Positions 20,403-29,593 of a stretch of DNA of 64,000 nucleotides are shown piece after piece (within the stretch, counting starts at the first letter, position 1; each line of letters begins with the position of its first letter). The position numbers were made by a program, and so were the translations under genes. The notes beneath the pieces are model-generated. The model did not search any database. It saw nothing but the letters and a program-made list of their open reading frames with translations, and had not been told where the DNA came from. Origin of the DNA: a bacterium (GTDB taxonomy: Bacteria > Patescibacteriota > Patescibacteriia > JACPHY01); contig JAUSKG010000021.1 of the NCBI GenBank assembly GCA_030647005.1, positions 27,105 to 91,104 on the forward strand. Reading direction: 5' to 3'.

Positions 20403-21686
20403 ATGCTCGATACGCTCAAGACCATGTGGAAGGTGCGCGAGGTCAGGAACGCCATCCTGTTCGTCTTGGGCATGCTCGCCATTTTCCGATTCCTCGCGCA
20501 CATTCCGGTGCCCGGTGTTGATGTTGCAGCACTCGAGCAATTCTTCGCGTCGAGCGCAATCCTCGGACTCCTCAACGTCTTTTCCGGAGGCACCATGGAG
20601 AACTTCTCCATCGTCGCGTTGGGTGTAGCACCGTTCATCACCGCGTCCATCATCTTCCAGCTCCTCGGGATGGTCATTCCGGCGATCGAGGAACTCCAGA
20701 AGGAGGGCGAGTACGGTCGGCGGAAGATCAACCAGTACACGCGTCTCCTCTCCATCCCGCTCTCCATCATGCAGGGGTTTGGACTCATGACGCTCGTGCG
20801 CCAGTCCAATGCGGCAATCCTCCCGGACCTCAGCATCATGCAGACCGTCATGCTCCTCACGACGGTGACCGCGGGCACGGTATTCCTCATGTGGCTCGGC
20901 GAGCTCATCTCGGAGAAGAACGTCGGCAACGGCATTTCGCTCATGATTTTCGCTGGCATCATCTCGATACTCCCGCAGGCCGTCCAGCAGACGGCACTCA
21001 CGTTTGATGTTTCGCGGCTCGTACAGCTCCTCGTCTTCGTCATACTCGCGATCGTGACGATCATTGGCGTGGTCGCGCTCACCGAGGCACAGCGGAACAT
21101 CCCCGTCTCCTACGCGCGGCGCGTTCGCGGGATGCGCATGGTGGGGGGGTTGAACACGCACCTGCCATTGCGCGTGAACATGGCCGGTGTTATCCCCATC
21201 ATCTTCGCAATCTCCATCATCCTCTTCCCACCGCTCCTCGGGCAGTTCTTCATCCACGCGAAGACCGCGTGGATCGCGCGCGGTGCCGAGCTCATGATCA
21301 CCATCTTCCAGAACCAAGTGTTCTACGGCATCGCGTACTTTTCCCTCGTGTTCATCTTCACGTTCTTCTACACTGCCGTCGTGTTCCACCCACAGCAGAT
21401 TGCGGAGAATCTTCAGAAGCAGGGTGGTTTCATTCCAGGCATTCGGCCTGGCCGCGCGACAGCCGAGTATCTCCAGTTCGTGACGAATCGTATCATCTTC
21501 TTTGGCGCGGCATCCCTCGGTCTCATTGCCATCCTCCCGATCCTCACCCAGCCGCTCATCCCGGGCGCCGCGCAGCTCACGACGATCGTCGGCGGCACCT
21601 CACTCCTCATCATCGTCTCCGTCGTCATCGAGAGCGTGAAGCAGGTGGGGAGTCAGCTGACGATGCGCGAGTACGAGGGACTGTGA
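20403..21686 (+). CDS. secY: preprotein translocase SecY
   Basis: 10-TM protein downstream of L15 with SecY-typical pattern; start by first plausible ATG (alt. 20382). Confidence 0.93.
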   Translation: MLDTLKTMWKVREVRNAILFVLGMLAIFRFLAHIPVPGVDVAALEQFFASSAILGLLNVFSGGTMENFSIVALGVAPFITASIIFQLLGMVIPAIEELQKEGEYGRRKINQYTRLLSIPLSIMQGFGLMTLVRQSNAAILPDLSIMQTVMLLTTVTAGTVFLMWLGELISEKNVGNGISLMIFAGIISILPQAVQQTALTFDVSRLVQLLVFVILAIVTIIGVVALTEAQRNIPVSYARRVRGMRMVGGLNTHLPLRVNMAGVIPIIFAISIILFPPLLGQFFIHAKTAWIARGAELMITIFQNQVFYGIAYFSLVFIFTFFYTAVVFHPQQIAENLQKQGGFIPGIRPGRATAEYLQFVTNRIIFFGAASLGLIAILPILTQPLIPGAAQLTTIVGGTSLLIIVSVVIESVKQVGSQLTMREYEGL

Positions 21687-21725
21687 GGAAACGCAGAATG
21701 AAGAACGTAGAATGCAGAACTGAGG

Positions 21726-21758
21726 ACCCCCGCGGCAGATGCCGAACGGGGGTTTGGT
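21726..21758 (+). terminator. hairpin terminator after secY
   Basis: cccccg-cggcagatgccgaa-cggggg then tttggtat. Confidence 0.45.
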
Positions 21759-21790
21759 ATACTGCGGGGGATGAGAGACGATAGTGTACT

Positions 21791-23191
21791 ATGGCCATCG
21801 CCATCGCGACGTTCGTCATCGCCTACCTACTCCTCATTGATGGGTACTATCGTCGTACCGCTGTGGTGCTCGTCGCGTCGGTCTTCCTGTTGCTCACGGG
21901 GATCGTCACGCCGCTTGTCGCGTTTCGGTCCATCGCGTGGGATGTGCTCGGCGTGTTCTTCGGGATGCTCGTCCTCTCGGACCTCTTCGTGGAGTCGCGG
22001 ATGCCGGCGGTGATCGCCGCGTGGATCAGTCGGAAGACCGCGAGTGTCGCCGGTGCGATTTTCGGACTCGCGGCGTGCGCGAGCGTGCTCTCGTTGGTCC
22101 TCGAAAACGTCGCGGTAGTGCTCATTTTTGCACCGGTTGCGCTCGCACTCGCAAAGCGGCTTGGCACGAGCGCAGCGCCGTTGCTCATCGGCATCGCCAT
22201 TGCAGCGAACCTCCAGGCCGCGGCACTGATGGTTGGCGATCCTCCCGCGATGTACCTGGGGACATACGCCGGACTCTCATTCAATGATTTCCTCTGGCAC
22301 GATGGCAGGCCTGGGATCTTCTTCGCCGTTCAACTCGCGACGATGGCCGCGCTCGCGATGTTCTGGTTGCTCATTCGCAAGCATCGTGCAGCCGTCCCTT
22401 CGTTTCCCGTTGAGGTACCAAGTACCGTGATGCCGACGGTGCTGCTCGTGGGTGTTATGGTGGCACTCCCGCTCGTGGTGCTGCTCGCGAGTGGTACGCC
22501 GCACGTCACGACGTACACGGTGCTGACGTTCGCCGCGGTGGGGTGGCTCTGGCACCTCGCGCGACATCACCTGCGAGCAGCGAACGGCAATGAGGGTGGG
22601 CTGGTGCACACGCTCTTCTTCCACCGTATGCCGCGTGCGTCGGAGGTAGGCGTTGCGCGCCCGCTCTCGCAGCTCCAGCGGCGTTTTCTCTCGATACGCG
22701 ATCGGTTCGGTGGTGGTCACCGGCTGCTGCGTGAACTCGATTGGGAGACGATGCTCTTCCTCATCGGCGTGTTCATCCTCGTTCAGGGATTGGTGACCAC
22801 GGGCGCAATTGATGCGCTCGCGGGATGGCTGGCGCACGTCGCGGGCACGAGCACGCTGCGTACGTACGTCCTCCTCATCGTGTTCGCGGTGGTGGTCTCT
22901 GCGTTCGTGGATAACATTCCGTTCATTGTCGCGATGCTGCCGGTCGCTTCCCACCTCGCGCTCGGCCTCGGCATTGATCCCTTCCTCCTCTATGGAGGGC
23001 TGCTCCTGGGCACGTCCGTGGGTGGAAACATCACCCCGATCGGCGCGAGCGCAAACATCGTCGCGTTCCGTTGGCTCCAGCGGTACGCGGATGAGCCGAT
23101 ATCGTTTGGCGGGTTCGTGAAGTTTGGGCTCCCCATGACGCTCGCCGCCATGATCGCTGCCGGTGTCTTTGGCTGGTTCGCGTGGCAGTGA
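21791..23191 (+). CDS. ArsB/NhaD-superfamily anion permease (YbiR/CitMHS-like)
   Basis: ~12 TM; SVGGNITPIGASANIV motif region typical of ArsB/NhaD permeases. Confidence 0.7.
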   Translation: MAIAIATFVIAYLLLIDGYYRRTAVVLVASVFLLLTGIVTPLVAFRSIAWDVLGVFFGMLVLSDLFVESRMPAVIAAWISRKTASVAGAIFGLAACASVLSLVLENVAVVLIFAPVALALAKRLGTSAAPLLIGIAIAANLQAAALMVGDPPAMYLGTYAGLSFNDFLWHDGRPGIFFAVQLATMAALAMFWLLIRKHRAAVPSFPVEVPSTVMPTVLLVGVMVALPLVVLLASGTPHVTTYTVLTFAAVGWLWHLARHHLRAANGNEGGLVHTLFFHRMPRASEVGVARPLSQLQRRFLSIRDRFGGGHRLLRELDWETMLFLIGVFILVQGLVTTGAIDALAGWLAHVAGTSTLRTYVLLIVFAVVVSAFVDNIPFIVAMLPVASHLALGLGIDPFLLYGGLLLGTSVGGNITPIGASANIVAFRWLQRYADEPISFGGFVKFGLPMTLAAMIAAGVFGWFAWQ

Positions 23192-23239
23192 GTAAGTACG
23201 TGCTAGAGTGAGAGAGAGTAGGTTATTGTCAGAAACGTT

Positions 23240-23881
23240 ATGATCTATCGTATTGCTATGCTCGGTCCCCAGGGGTCTGGGAAGGGGACGCAGGCCCGCT
23301 TGCTCGCCGCAGAGCTCGGCGTACCCGTCGTTGCACCCGGGAAGATGTTCCGGCAGGAGATCGCGCGCGACACGGCACTCGGGAGGCGTGTGGCACCGAT
23401 GATCGAGCGCGGGGAGATGGTCCCGAACGCGATTACGAACACGATGGTGCGGGAGCGACTCGCGCAGTCGGACACCGCCGGCGGGTACATCCTCGATGGT
23501 TACCCCCGCGATCGCGAGGAGCTCGAGGCGTACGACGGTTTCGCGGAACCCTTCACGCACGTCGTCCTCCTTGATCTCGACGACGCAACAGCGGTCGAGC
23601 GCCTCGCGCACCGGTGGATCTGCATCTGCGGAGCGCCGCACTCCGATCGGGAGCTCACGCTCAGCCAGGGCGCGGAAGCCGCATGCGCGGCGTGCGATGG
23701 GACGCTCGTCCATCGGAGCGATGACGAGCCGGATGCCATTCGCCGTCGCCTCCGCACGTACCACGCGGAGACCAAACCCGTCCTCGTAGAGGCGCGTGCG
23801 CGGGGCGTGCTCGTGGAGATTGATGGGAGCGGGACGATCGATGAGGTCTTTGGAGTCGTGAAGAACGCACTCGGTCTATGA
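23240..23881 (+). CDS. adk: adenylate kinase (zinc-lid type)
   Basis: GPQGSGKGTQ P-loop; CICGAPH...CAACDG lid cysteines. Confidence 0.95.
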   Translation: MIYRIAMLGPQGSGKGTQARLLAAELGVPVVAPGKMFRQEIARDTALGRRVAPMIERGEMVPNAITNTMVRERLAQSDTAGGYILDGYPRDREELEAYDGFAEPFTHVVLLDLDDATAVERLAHRWICICGAPHSDRELTLSQGAEAACAACDGTLVHRSDDEPDAIRRRLRTYHAETKPVLVEARARGVLVEIDGSGTIDEVFGVVKNALGL

Positions 23882-24657
23882 TCGCACGCAACGCAGAGGA
23901 TCGGAAGACGCTCCGCGAGGGCGGCAAGCGGCTTGGCCGCGTGCTCGCCGCGTGCGCGGCGGCCGCGGTTCCCGGTGTGGCGATCGCAGAGCTTGATATG
24001 CTCGCCGAGCGCCTCATTCTGGAGGCCGGTGGGCGTCCAGCGTTCAAGGGGTACCGCCCGAGCCGTACGTCCGCGCCGTTTCCGGGGACGCTCTGTGTCT
24101 CGGTGAACGACGAGGTGGTCCACGGCGTTCCGACGCGCAGCATCACGCTCGCGGAGAGAGATCTCGTGGGGCTCGATATCGGAATGCAGTGGCCAAGCGC
24201 GGGCGGACTCTACACCGATACCGCGCTGACGGTGTGCGTCGGTGGTTGCACACCGGAGCAGCAACGCCTCGTGGAGGTAACGGAGCGCGCGCTCGCCGCA
24301 GGCATTGCCGCTGCCGCCGTCGGCAGTCGCATATCCGATATCGCGCGCGCGATTCAGGAGATCGTCGAGCCGGCGGGTTTCGCGATTGTCCGCGATCTCG
24401 TTGGTCACGGCGTCGGTGGTGCGGTGCACGAGGACCCGCAGGTTCCCAACTACTGGGACGCGCACCAGGTGGACACGGAGCTCCTCGACGGCCATGTCCT
24501 CGCGCTCGAGCCGATGGTGACGGCAGGTGGGTGGCGCGTCGTAGTGGACGAGGATGCGTGGACGATTCGCACGCAGGATCATTCCCTCGCCGCACACGCC
24601 GAACACACGATTCTCATTACGAAATCCGGTACGGAAATTCTTACCCGCGCCGCGTGA
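23878..24657 (+). CDS. map: methionine aminopeptidase type I
   Basis: pita-bread metalloprotease motifs ...HGVGGAVHEDPQVPNY... Confidence 0.95.
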   Translation: MIARNAEDRKTLREGGKRLGRVLAACAAAAVPGVAIAELDMLAERLILEAGGRPAFKGYRPSRTSAPFPGTLCVSVNDEVVHGVPTRSITLAERDLVGLDIGMQWPSAGGLYTDTALTVCVGGCTPEQQRLVEVTERALAAGIAAAAVGSRISDIARAIQEIVEPAGFAIVRDLVGHGVGGAVHEDPQVPNYWDAHQVDTELLDGHVLALEPMVTAGGWRVVVDEDAWTIRTQDHSLAAHAEHTILITKSGTEILTRAA

Positions 24658-24665
24658 CCGCAGGT

Positions 24666-25043
24666 ATGGTTATCCTCGGCGTTGACTACGGATCGGTGAA
24701 GGTGGGGTTGGCGATCGCTGCGGGTCTGGTTGCTGCCCCGCTGCGCGTCGTCCCCGCACAGGATGCCCGTTTCCTTCGCGAGGAGCTCCGGCGCGCCATT
24801 GTGGAGTACGACGTGGGGATGGTCGTCGTCGGGATGCCGAAGGAGGACCGCGAGCGCGTGGAGGCGTTCGTCGCATGGCTCCGGCGCGAGCTCACGCAGC
24901 CGGTTGTCGTGGAGGACGAGCAGCTCACCACCCAGTTTGCCAAGCGGCTCATGCGCGGTTGGAAGGGGAAAGCCGAAGACGACGCGATCGCCGCCGCGCT
25001 CATCGCTCAGACGTACATCGAGCGGAGCGCGGAAGGAATGTGA
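24666..25043 (+). CDS. ruvX: Holliday-junction resolvase-like RuvX/YqgF
   Basis: MVILGVDYGSVKVGLAIAAG...; long ORF 24189.. begins upstream in GC-rich read-through. Confidence 0.85.
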   Translation: MVILGVDYGSVKVGLAIAAGLVAAPLRVVPAQDARFLREELRRAIVEYDVGMVVVGMPKEDRERVEAFVAWLRRELTQPVVVEDEQLTTQFAKRLMRGWKGKAEDDAIAAALIAQTYIERSAEGM

Positions 25044-25074
25044 GAGATATGAGAAAGCGTGCTTCTCTCTTCGT

Positions 25075-25809
25075 ATGACCTACGCCGCAACCGCCATCAT
25101 CCTCCGGCGGCAGGATGCGCATGAGTGGGATCGCCTCTACACCGTCTACACTCGCGAGTACGGGAAACTCCTGCTCGTGGGGAAGGGGACGCGACGTCCG
25201 CGTGCAAAACTCGCGAGTCACCTCGAGCCATTCGGCGAGACGGAGATCGAGGCCGCGCGTGGGCGTCAGATTGACCGCGTCACCTTCGCTCGTGCCATCC
25301 GAACAAACGATGTGTTCGCTTCGTCCCATGAGCACCTCGCGTGTGCGTCGTTCCTCTGCGAGTCCGTGGACGTCCTCACGAAGCAGGGCCATCCCGACCT
25401 CGCCTGCTACGATCTCCTCCGTGAAGCGCTCCTTCTGCTCCCGACGCTCCCCGCGGGAGATCGCGGTATTATTCCCGCGTTCATCCTGCGTCTCATGAGT
25501 ATCCTCGGCTACGCACCCGCGCTCGCTTCGTGTATCGAATGCCGTGCGACGCTGGCGCAGCAGACCGCTGTCGCGGTGCCTCATCGCGGAGGCGTCCTGT
25601 GCGAGCGGTGTGCACCGCCAGCGGAGCGCGTGCTGCTCCCGCCACGCGACCGCACCGTCATCGAGACGCTCTGCCGTTCCCTCCTTCCGATGCCCGTGAG
25701 CAGTGCCGTTGCCGCGTTCGCCACGGACCTCCTCGCGGCGCACCTCCCGTACGCCATGCGGACGCCCTTGACGGGCGCGACGGGCTCTGCCACAGTGGCC
25801 ATGTCGTGA
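25075..25809 (+). CDS. recO: DNA repair protein RecO
   Basis: N-terminal OB region, C-terminal CIECRA...CERC zinc finger. Confidence 0.85.
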   Translation: MTYAATAIILRRQDAHEWDRLYTVYTREYGKLLLVGKGTRRPRAKLASHLEPFGETEIEAARGRQIDRVTFARAIRTNDVFASSHEHLACASFLCESVDVLTKQGHPDLACYDLLREALLLLPTLPAGDRGIIPAFILRLMSILGYAPALASCIECRATLAQQTAVAVPHRGGVLCERCAPPAERVLLPPRDRTVIETLCRSLLPMPVSSAVAAFATDLLAAHLPYAMRTPLTGATGSATVAMS

Positions 25810-25914
25810 GCGCAGGGAGCGCGTCCCGCTTGTCGGGAGGCGCTCTTCTTTTGTGCGCTGTCCACCACCGCTGACAACTTGCGCGCTTCCTCCAATGGGA
25901 TACGATAGCGTTCT

Positions 25915-27285
25915 ATGCAAGAAACACTTCGCATCGTTGACGTGCCGCAGCAGGTTGGCACAGACGTGACCATTGCCGGTCGGGTCGCATCGCGGCGGGA
26001 CATGGGGAAGATCGTCTTCCTCGACGTTCGCGATCGGTACGGGCTTCTCCAGGTTGTCCTGACACCGGACGTCCCCGTCGAGGATCGCCACGCGCCCCAC
26101 CCGAGCGTTCCCGGGACACCGGTAACGCAGAAGGATGTGCGCGAGGGCTCCTACGTCCGCATCACCGGACGCGTGAAGCAGCGCGGTGAGAAGTACGTGA
26201 ACCCGAACATCGCGACGGGCACCGTGGAGATGGAGGCGGGTCAGATCACGATCATCGCCACATCGCAACCCTTCCCCTTCGATCCCCAGGACGATCTCCA
26301 CATCGACACGTACCTCGATCACCTCCCATTCACGCTCCGTACCGACCGCGGGCGCGCGATCTTCCGCGTGCAGGCCGCTATCGTCGAGGGCTTCCGAAGC
26401 GCGCTCACGAAGCGCGGCTTCACGGAGTTCCACGCGCCGAGCATCGTCGGCGGCTCCACGGAGGGCGGGGCGAACGTCTTCACCATTGACTACTTTGGCA
26501 AGCCCGCGTTCCTCGCGCAGTCCCCGCAGTTCTACAAGCAGATCATGGTCGGCATCTTCGAACGCGCCTTCACCGTCGCCACCGCGTTCCGCGCCGAGCT
26601 CCACGCGACGAGTCGTCACCTCAACGAGTACTGCTCGCTCGACTTTGAGTTTGGCCCCATCACCGACCACCGCGATGTCATGCGCATGCAGAACGACATG
26701 CTCATTGATCTCGTCGCACACGTGCGCGCGGTCTGTGCGGACGAGATCGCCGTGCTCGGTGCCACGCTGCCGGAGGTGCCACCGACCATCCCATCGCTCA
26801 AGCTCCGCGAGGCGCAGGAGGTGCTCAAACGCGAGTTCGGCATGGATTGCGTCGGCGAGCCGGACCTCGAGCCCGAGCACGAGCGCAAGCTCTGCGAGTG
26901 GTCCGCACGGGAGCACAGCTCGGACTTCCTCTACGTCACGCACTACCCCACAGCCAAGCGTCCGCTCTACACCATGCCCGACCCCGAGGACCCCGAGTTC
27001 ACACTCTCCTTTGATTTGCTCTTCCGCGGCGTCGAAATCACCACTGGCGGCCAGCGCATCCACGACTACGAAATGCTCAAAGGCAACATCGTGAAGTGGG
27101 GCCTCGATCCTGCTAAGTTCACCTACTACCTCGAGGCCTTCCAATACGGCATGCCCCCCGAAGGCGGCCTCGCCATCGGCCTCGAACGCCTCACCCAGAA
27201 GCTCCTCGGCCTCGACAACGTCAAACTCGCCACCCTCTTCCCGCGAGACATCGGGCGCATTGATGATCGGCTGTCGGCGGGATAG
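25915..27285 (+). CDS. class IIb aminoacyl-tRNA synthetase, archaeal-type AspRS or AsnRS (456 aa)
   Basis: QSPQFYKQ, FRAE (motif 2), GGLAIGLERL (motif 3), N-terminal OB fold; Asp vs Asn not resolvable by eye. Confidence 0.85.
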   Translation: MQETLRIVDVPQQVGTDVTIAGRVASRRDMGKIVFLDVRDRYGLLQVVLTPDVPVEDRHAPHPSVPGTPVTQKDVREGSYVRITGRVKQRGEKYVNPNIATGTVEMEAGQITIIATSQPFPFDPQDDLHIDTYLDHLPFTLRTDRGRAIFRVQAAIVEGFRSALTKRGFTEFHAPSIVGGSTEGGANVFTIDYFGKPAFLAQSPQFYKQIMVGIFERAFTVATAFRAELHATSRHLNEYCSLDFEFGPITDHRDVMRMQNDMLIDLVAHVRAVCADEIAVLGATLPEVPPTIPSLKLREAQEVLKREFGMDCVGEPDLEPEHERKLCEWSAREHSSDFLYVTHYPTAKRPLYTMPDPEDPEFTLSFDLLFRGVEITTGGQRIHDYEMLKGNIVKWGLDPAKFTYYLEAFQYGMPPEGGLAIGLERLTQKLLGLDNVKLATLFPRDIGRIDDRLSAG

Positions 27286-27317
27286 TGTGTTCGTTCAGGA
27301 GAACATGCAATCACTCT

Positions 27318-27938
27318 ATGGTTATTACTGATCCGCCATCAAACGAAGGGGTTATGGTTCAGCGTGGTTGGGGATGGGTGCTCGCGTCTAGCGATAACGT
27401 CCCTCACGATCCCAGTGAGCATTGTCCAACACGGGATGTGTTTACGGGTCGGTTAGATCATGCCCGCATTCTTCTCGAGCGAGCACCAAAATTTCAGATG
27501 ATAGCATCGGAGCTCATCGCTGCGGTCGGAGAGATTGGGAACAACACGTTTGATCACAACATTGGACAGTGGCGAGATGTTCCAGGGTGTTGGTTCGGGT
27601 GGATGCTTGGAGATGGACATTGGACAGCGGTGATCGCCGATCGCGGCCAGGGTATTCTTGCAACATTGCGTCGTATTCGGCCGGAGCTCCATGATGATAT
27701 GGAGGCGCTTCGTGTTGCGTTCCGCGAGGTGATTTCTGGACGATCTCCCGAGCAGCGGGGGAATGGATTGAAGTTTGTTGCATCCGTCATCGGGCAACGC
27801 GGGGATCGGCAGCTTGAATTTCATTCTGGAGCAGCACAAGTCGTTCTGACATCTCCTAGAAAAGGACGGCACGAGGAATGGTCTCCATCTGTACGGGTGC
27901 TCCCGGGAACCCTTGCCATCCTTTCGGTTATGGTGTAG
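27318..27938 (+). CDS. minimal GHKL-superfamily ATPase, RsbW/SpoIIAB (anti-sigma serine kinase)-like
   Basis: N-box EIGNNTFDH, G1 VIADRGQGI (DxGxG), G2 GRSPEQRGNGLKFV; gene lies at edge of low-GC island; start ATG 27318 (alt GTG 27285). Confidence 0.7.
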   Translation: MVITDPPSNEGVMVQRGWGWVLASSDNVPHDPSEHCPTRDVFTGRLDHARILLERAPKFQMIASELIAAVGEIGNNTFDHNIGQWRDVPGCWFGWMLGDGHWTAVIADRGQGILATLRRIRPELHDDMEALRVAFREVISGRSPEQRGNGLKFVASVIGQRGDRQLEFHSGAAQVVLTSPRKGRHEEWSPSVRVLPGTLAILSVMV

Positions 27939-27953
27939 TATTTTGGTACAACT

Positions 27954-28244
27954 ATGAGAATTGCATTGAGTAAATTTGGGCCCATGTTGGTCTCCCGTCC
28001 CGCAGGTCGTGATGCCCTGTTGATTGCTTCTGCATACCTTACGCCCGTATCGGAAACCGAGTCGATCGAGATCGATTTTACCGGCGTGCATGTACTCACT
28101 CCCTCATGGGCAGACGAGTTTGTTACCGGACTCCGTAAGAAATACGGAGATCGGCTCGTGTTGCTTCCCTCCGATAATGTTTCCGTAAAGCTTACCCTTG
28201 CAACGATCGGTCAATCTCCGAAAACCGGACCTGACGCGGTTTGA
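27954..28244 (+). CDS. small STAS-like protein, DUF4325-type (96 aa)
   Basis: ...SIEIDFTGVHVLTPSWADEFVTGL... pattern of the STAS-like DUF4325 family (assignment from memory, not searched); 16 nt after the ATPase. Confidence 0.6.
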   Translation: MRIALSKFGPMLVSRPAGRDALLIASAYLTPVSETESIEIDFTGVHVLTPSWADEFVTGLRKKYGDRLVLLPSDNVSVKLTLATIGQSPKTGPDAV

Positions 28245-28254
28245 CACGTTCTGT

Positions 28255-28360
28255 GGAAAAAATCGGACCTGACACGATTACCTCTCACCATCTCGTTTTC
28301 ATAGCCCTCCCACACACGGCTGGGCGTTAGAAAAAAATCGGACCTGACACGATTACCGTT
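28255..28360 (+). repeat. Two direct copies of gaaaaaatcggacctgacacgattacc (GACACGATT family)
   Basis: Exact 27-mer at ~28255 and ~28331. Confidence 0.7.
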
Positions 28361-28389
28361 TGCTCGTCGAGAATTTAAAATAGAAACGT

Positions 28390-28584
28390 ATGCTGGACCT
28401 CAAACGCACTCTACTTGCAAAGGAGTTATTTCTGGCTGCCATTATCTTCTATGCCATGGCATGGTTGATCGGAGGTATTTTTGGAGACGCGCTGAAGCTA
28501 ATAGGGTTCATTGCCCTGGCCATGGCAATTATTGCTGCGATTCGTGAAGTCAGGAGAGAGGCAGCAGACAAATCAAAAAAATAA
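28390..28584 (+). CDS. hypothetical 64-aa protein with two TM helices and charged C-terminus
   Basis: MLDLKRTLLAKELFLAAIIFYAMAWLIGGIF...IGFIALAMAIIAAIREVRREAADKSKK; low-GC island. Confidence 0.45.
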   Translation: MLDLKRTLLAKELFLAAIIFYAMAWLIGGIFGDALKLIGFIALAMAIIAAIREVRREAADKSKK

Positions 28585-28602
28585 GGTAAATATAGATAGG
28601 AT

Positions 28603-28836
28603 AATGGTAGGATAATGGTGTCAGGTCTGATTGTCCGTTAAAAAGCGGACCCGACACGATTACTCTTGGGCGGTGGCGGATGTGACGCCGTGATATGATG
28701 ACCGCATGAAACCGGCACAGAGCAACATCGCTCACCTCGACGGCGCGAACGGAACGGAAGGTGCGAGCGATGGGAAAAAGAATCAGACCTGACATCATCA
28801 TCCTTGCTTTCTTCCGCTTGACACCATTATCCTCCA
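28603..28836. mobile_element. ~230-bp GC-rich insert bounded by inverted repeats (aggataatggtgtcaggtctgatt ... aatcagacctgac ... ttgacaccattatcct)
   Basis: Inverted 13-16-mers read directly; internal segment ~62% GC inside ~35% GC surroundings. Confidence 0.4.
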
Positions 28837-28844
28837 CTAAAAAT

Positions 28845-29417
28845 ATGGATAAACTAGAAAATATTTTTATTGGTTTTAGAAATAGTTCATTTGATGAAAT
28901 AATCAAGTTAAATCTTAACCACACTATTTCAAACAAGGAAAAACTAATTTTTAGAACTATTTTTGAAAATTCTGCAAATTTAATTGCTTCGTTTATCAAA
29001 GAAATAAAAGCAAGTAAGTCAATAGAGGAAAAAGATTTTGACTGGATGATGCTACTTTATGTTTTTGTTTGTGTTCAAGAACTTCATGACATACTAGATC
29101 GGGTAGAGAAAACAGACGATGCTCATATAAAAAATACACTGGATGTTAATAAACAAGATTTGATAAATCATCTTAAGAAAATATTAGGTGGTAAAGATAT
29201 GGGTAGTGTTGTGGATAAAACGTTTAATCACATAGAATCTTCTGATAAGGAATCGGGTAATTACAATGAATTTGTTGTTGGAAGAACTTATGTAATTTTT
29301 AGTATGTTAAAAGAAAATCAAGTTAATATTGAAAATATGTCAAGTGAAAAATTACTACAAATTTCAGAAGAAAATTATAAAAATAGTATAGTAAATTTTG
29401 TAAAGATTTGTGTCTAG
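28845..29417 (+). CDS. hypothetical protein, very low GC (~28%), 190 aa
   Basis: ATG 28845 (track ORF starts 28761); Lys/Asn/Ile-rich; no recognisable domain. Confidence 0.5.
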   Translation: MDKLENIFIGFRNSSFDEIIKLNLNHTISNKEKLIFRTIFENSANLIASFIKEIKASKSIEEKDFDWMMLLYVFVCVQELHDILDRVEKTDDAHIKNTLDVNKQDLINHLKKILGGKDMGSVVDKTFNHIESSDKESGNYNEFVVGRTYVIFSMLKENQVNIENMSSEKLLQISEENYKNSIVNFVKICV

Positions 29418-29526
29418 TAAAGAGAGCAAGGTAGAAAAAGGGAAAAAGGAAAGGGGAGATAAAGAGAGATAAAGTGAAAAAATGGACTTGACCCCTTTCT
29501 TGTCTTTCTTGCATTTGCTGCTTTCT

Positions 29527-29583
29527 TGACACTATAAAATCGGACTTGACACGATTTCCGTGGACATGACACGATTTCCGACA
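29527..29583 (+). repeat. Three tandem GACACGATTTCC copies (GACACGATT family)
   Basis: aaaatcggacttgacacgatttccgtggacatgacacgatttccgacacgatttcc immediately upstream of ATG 29594. Confidence 0.7.
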
Positions 29584-29593
29584 CGATTTCCAT

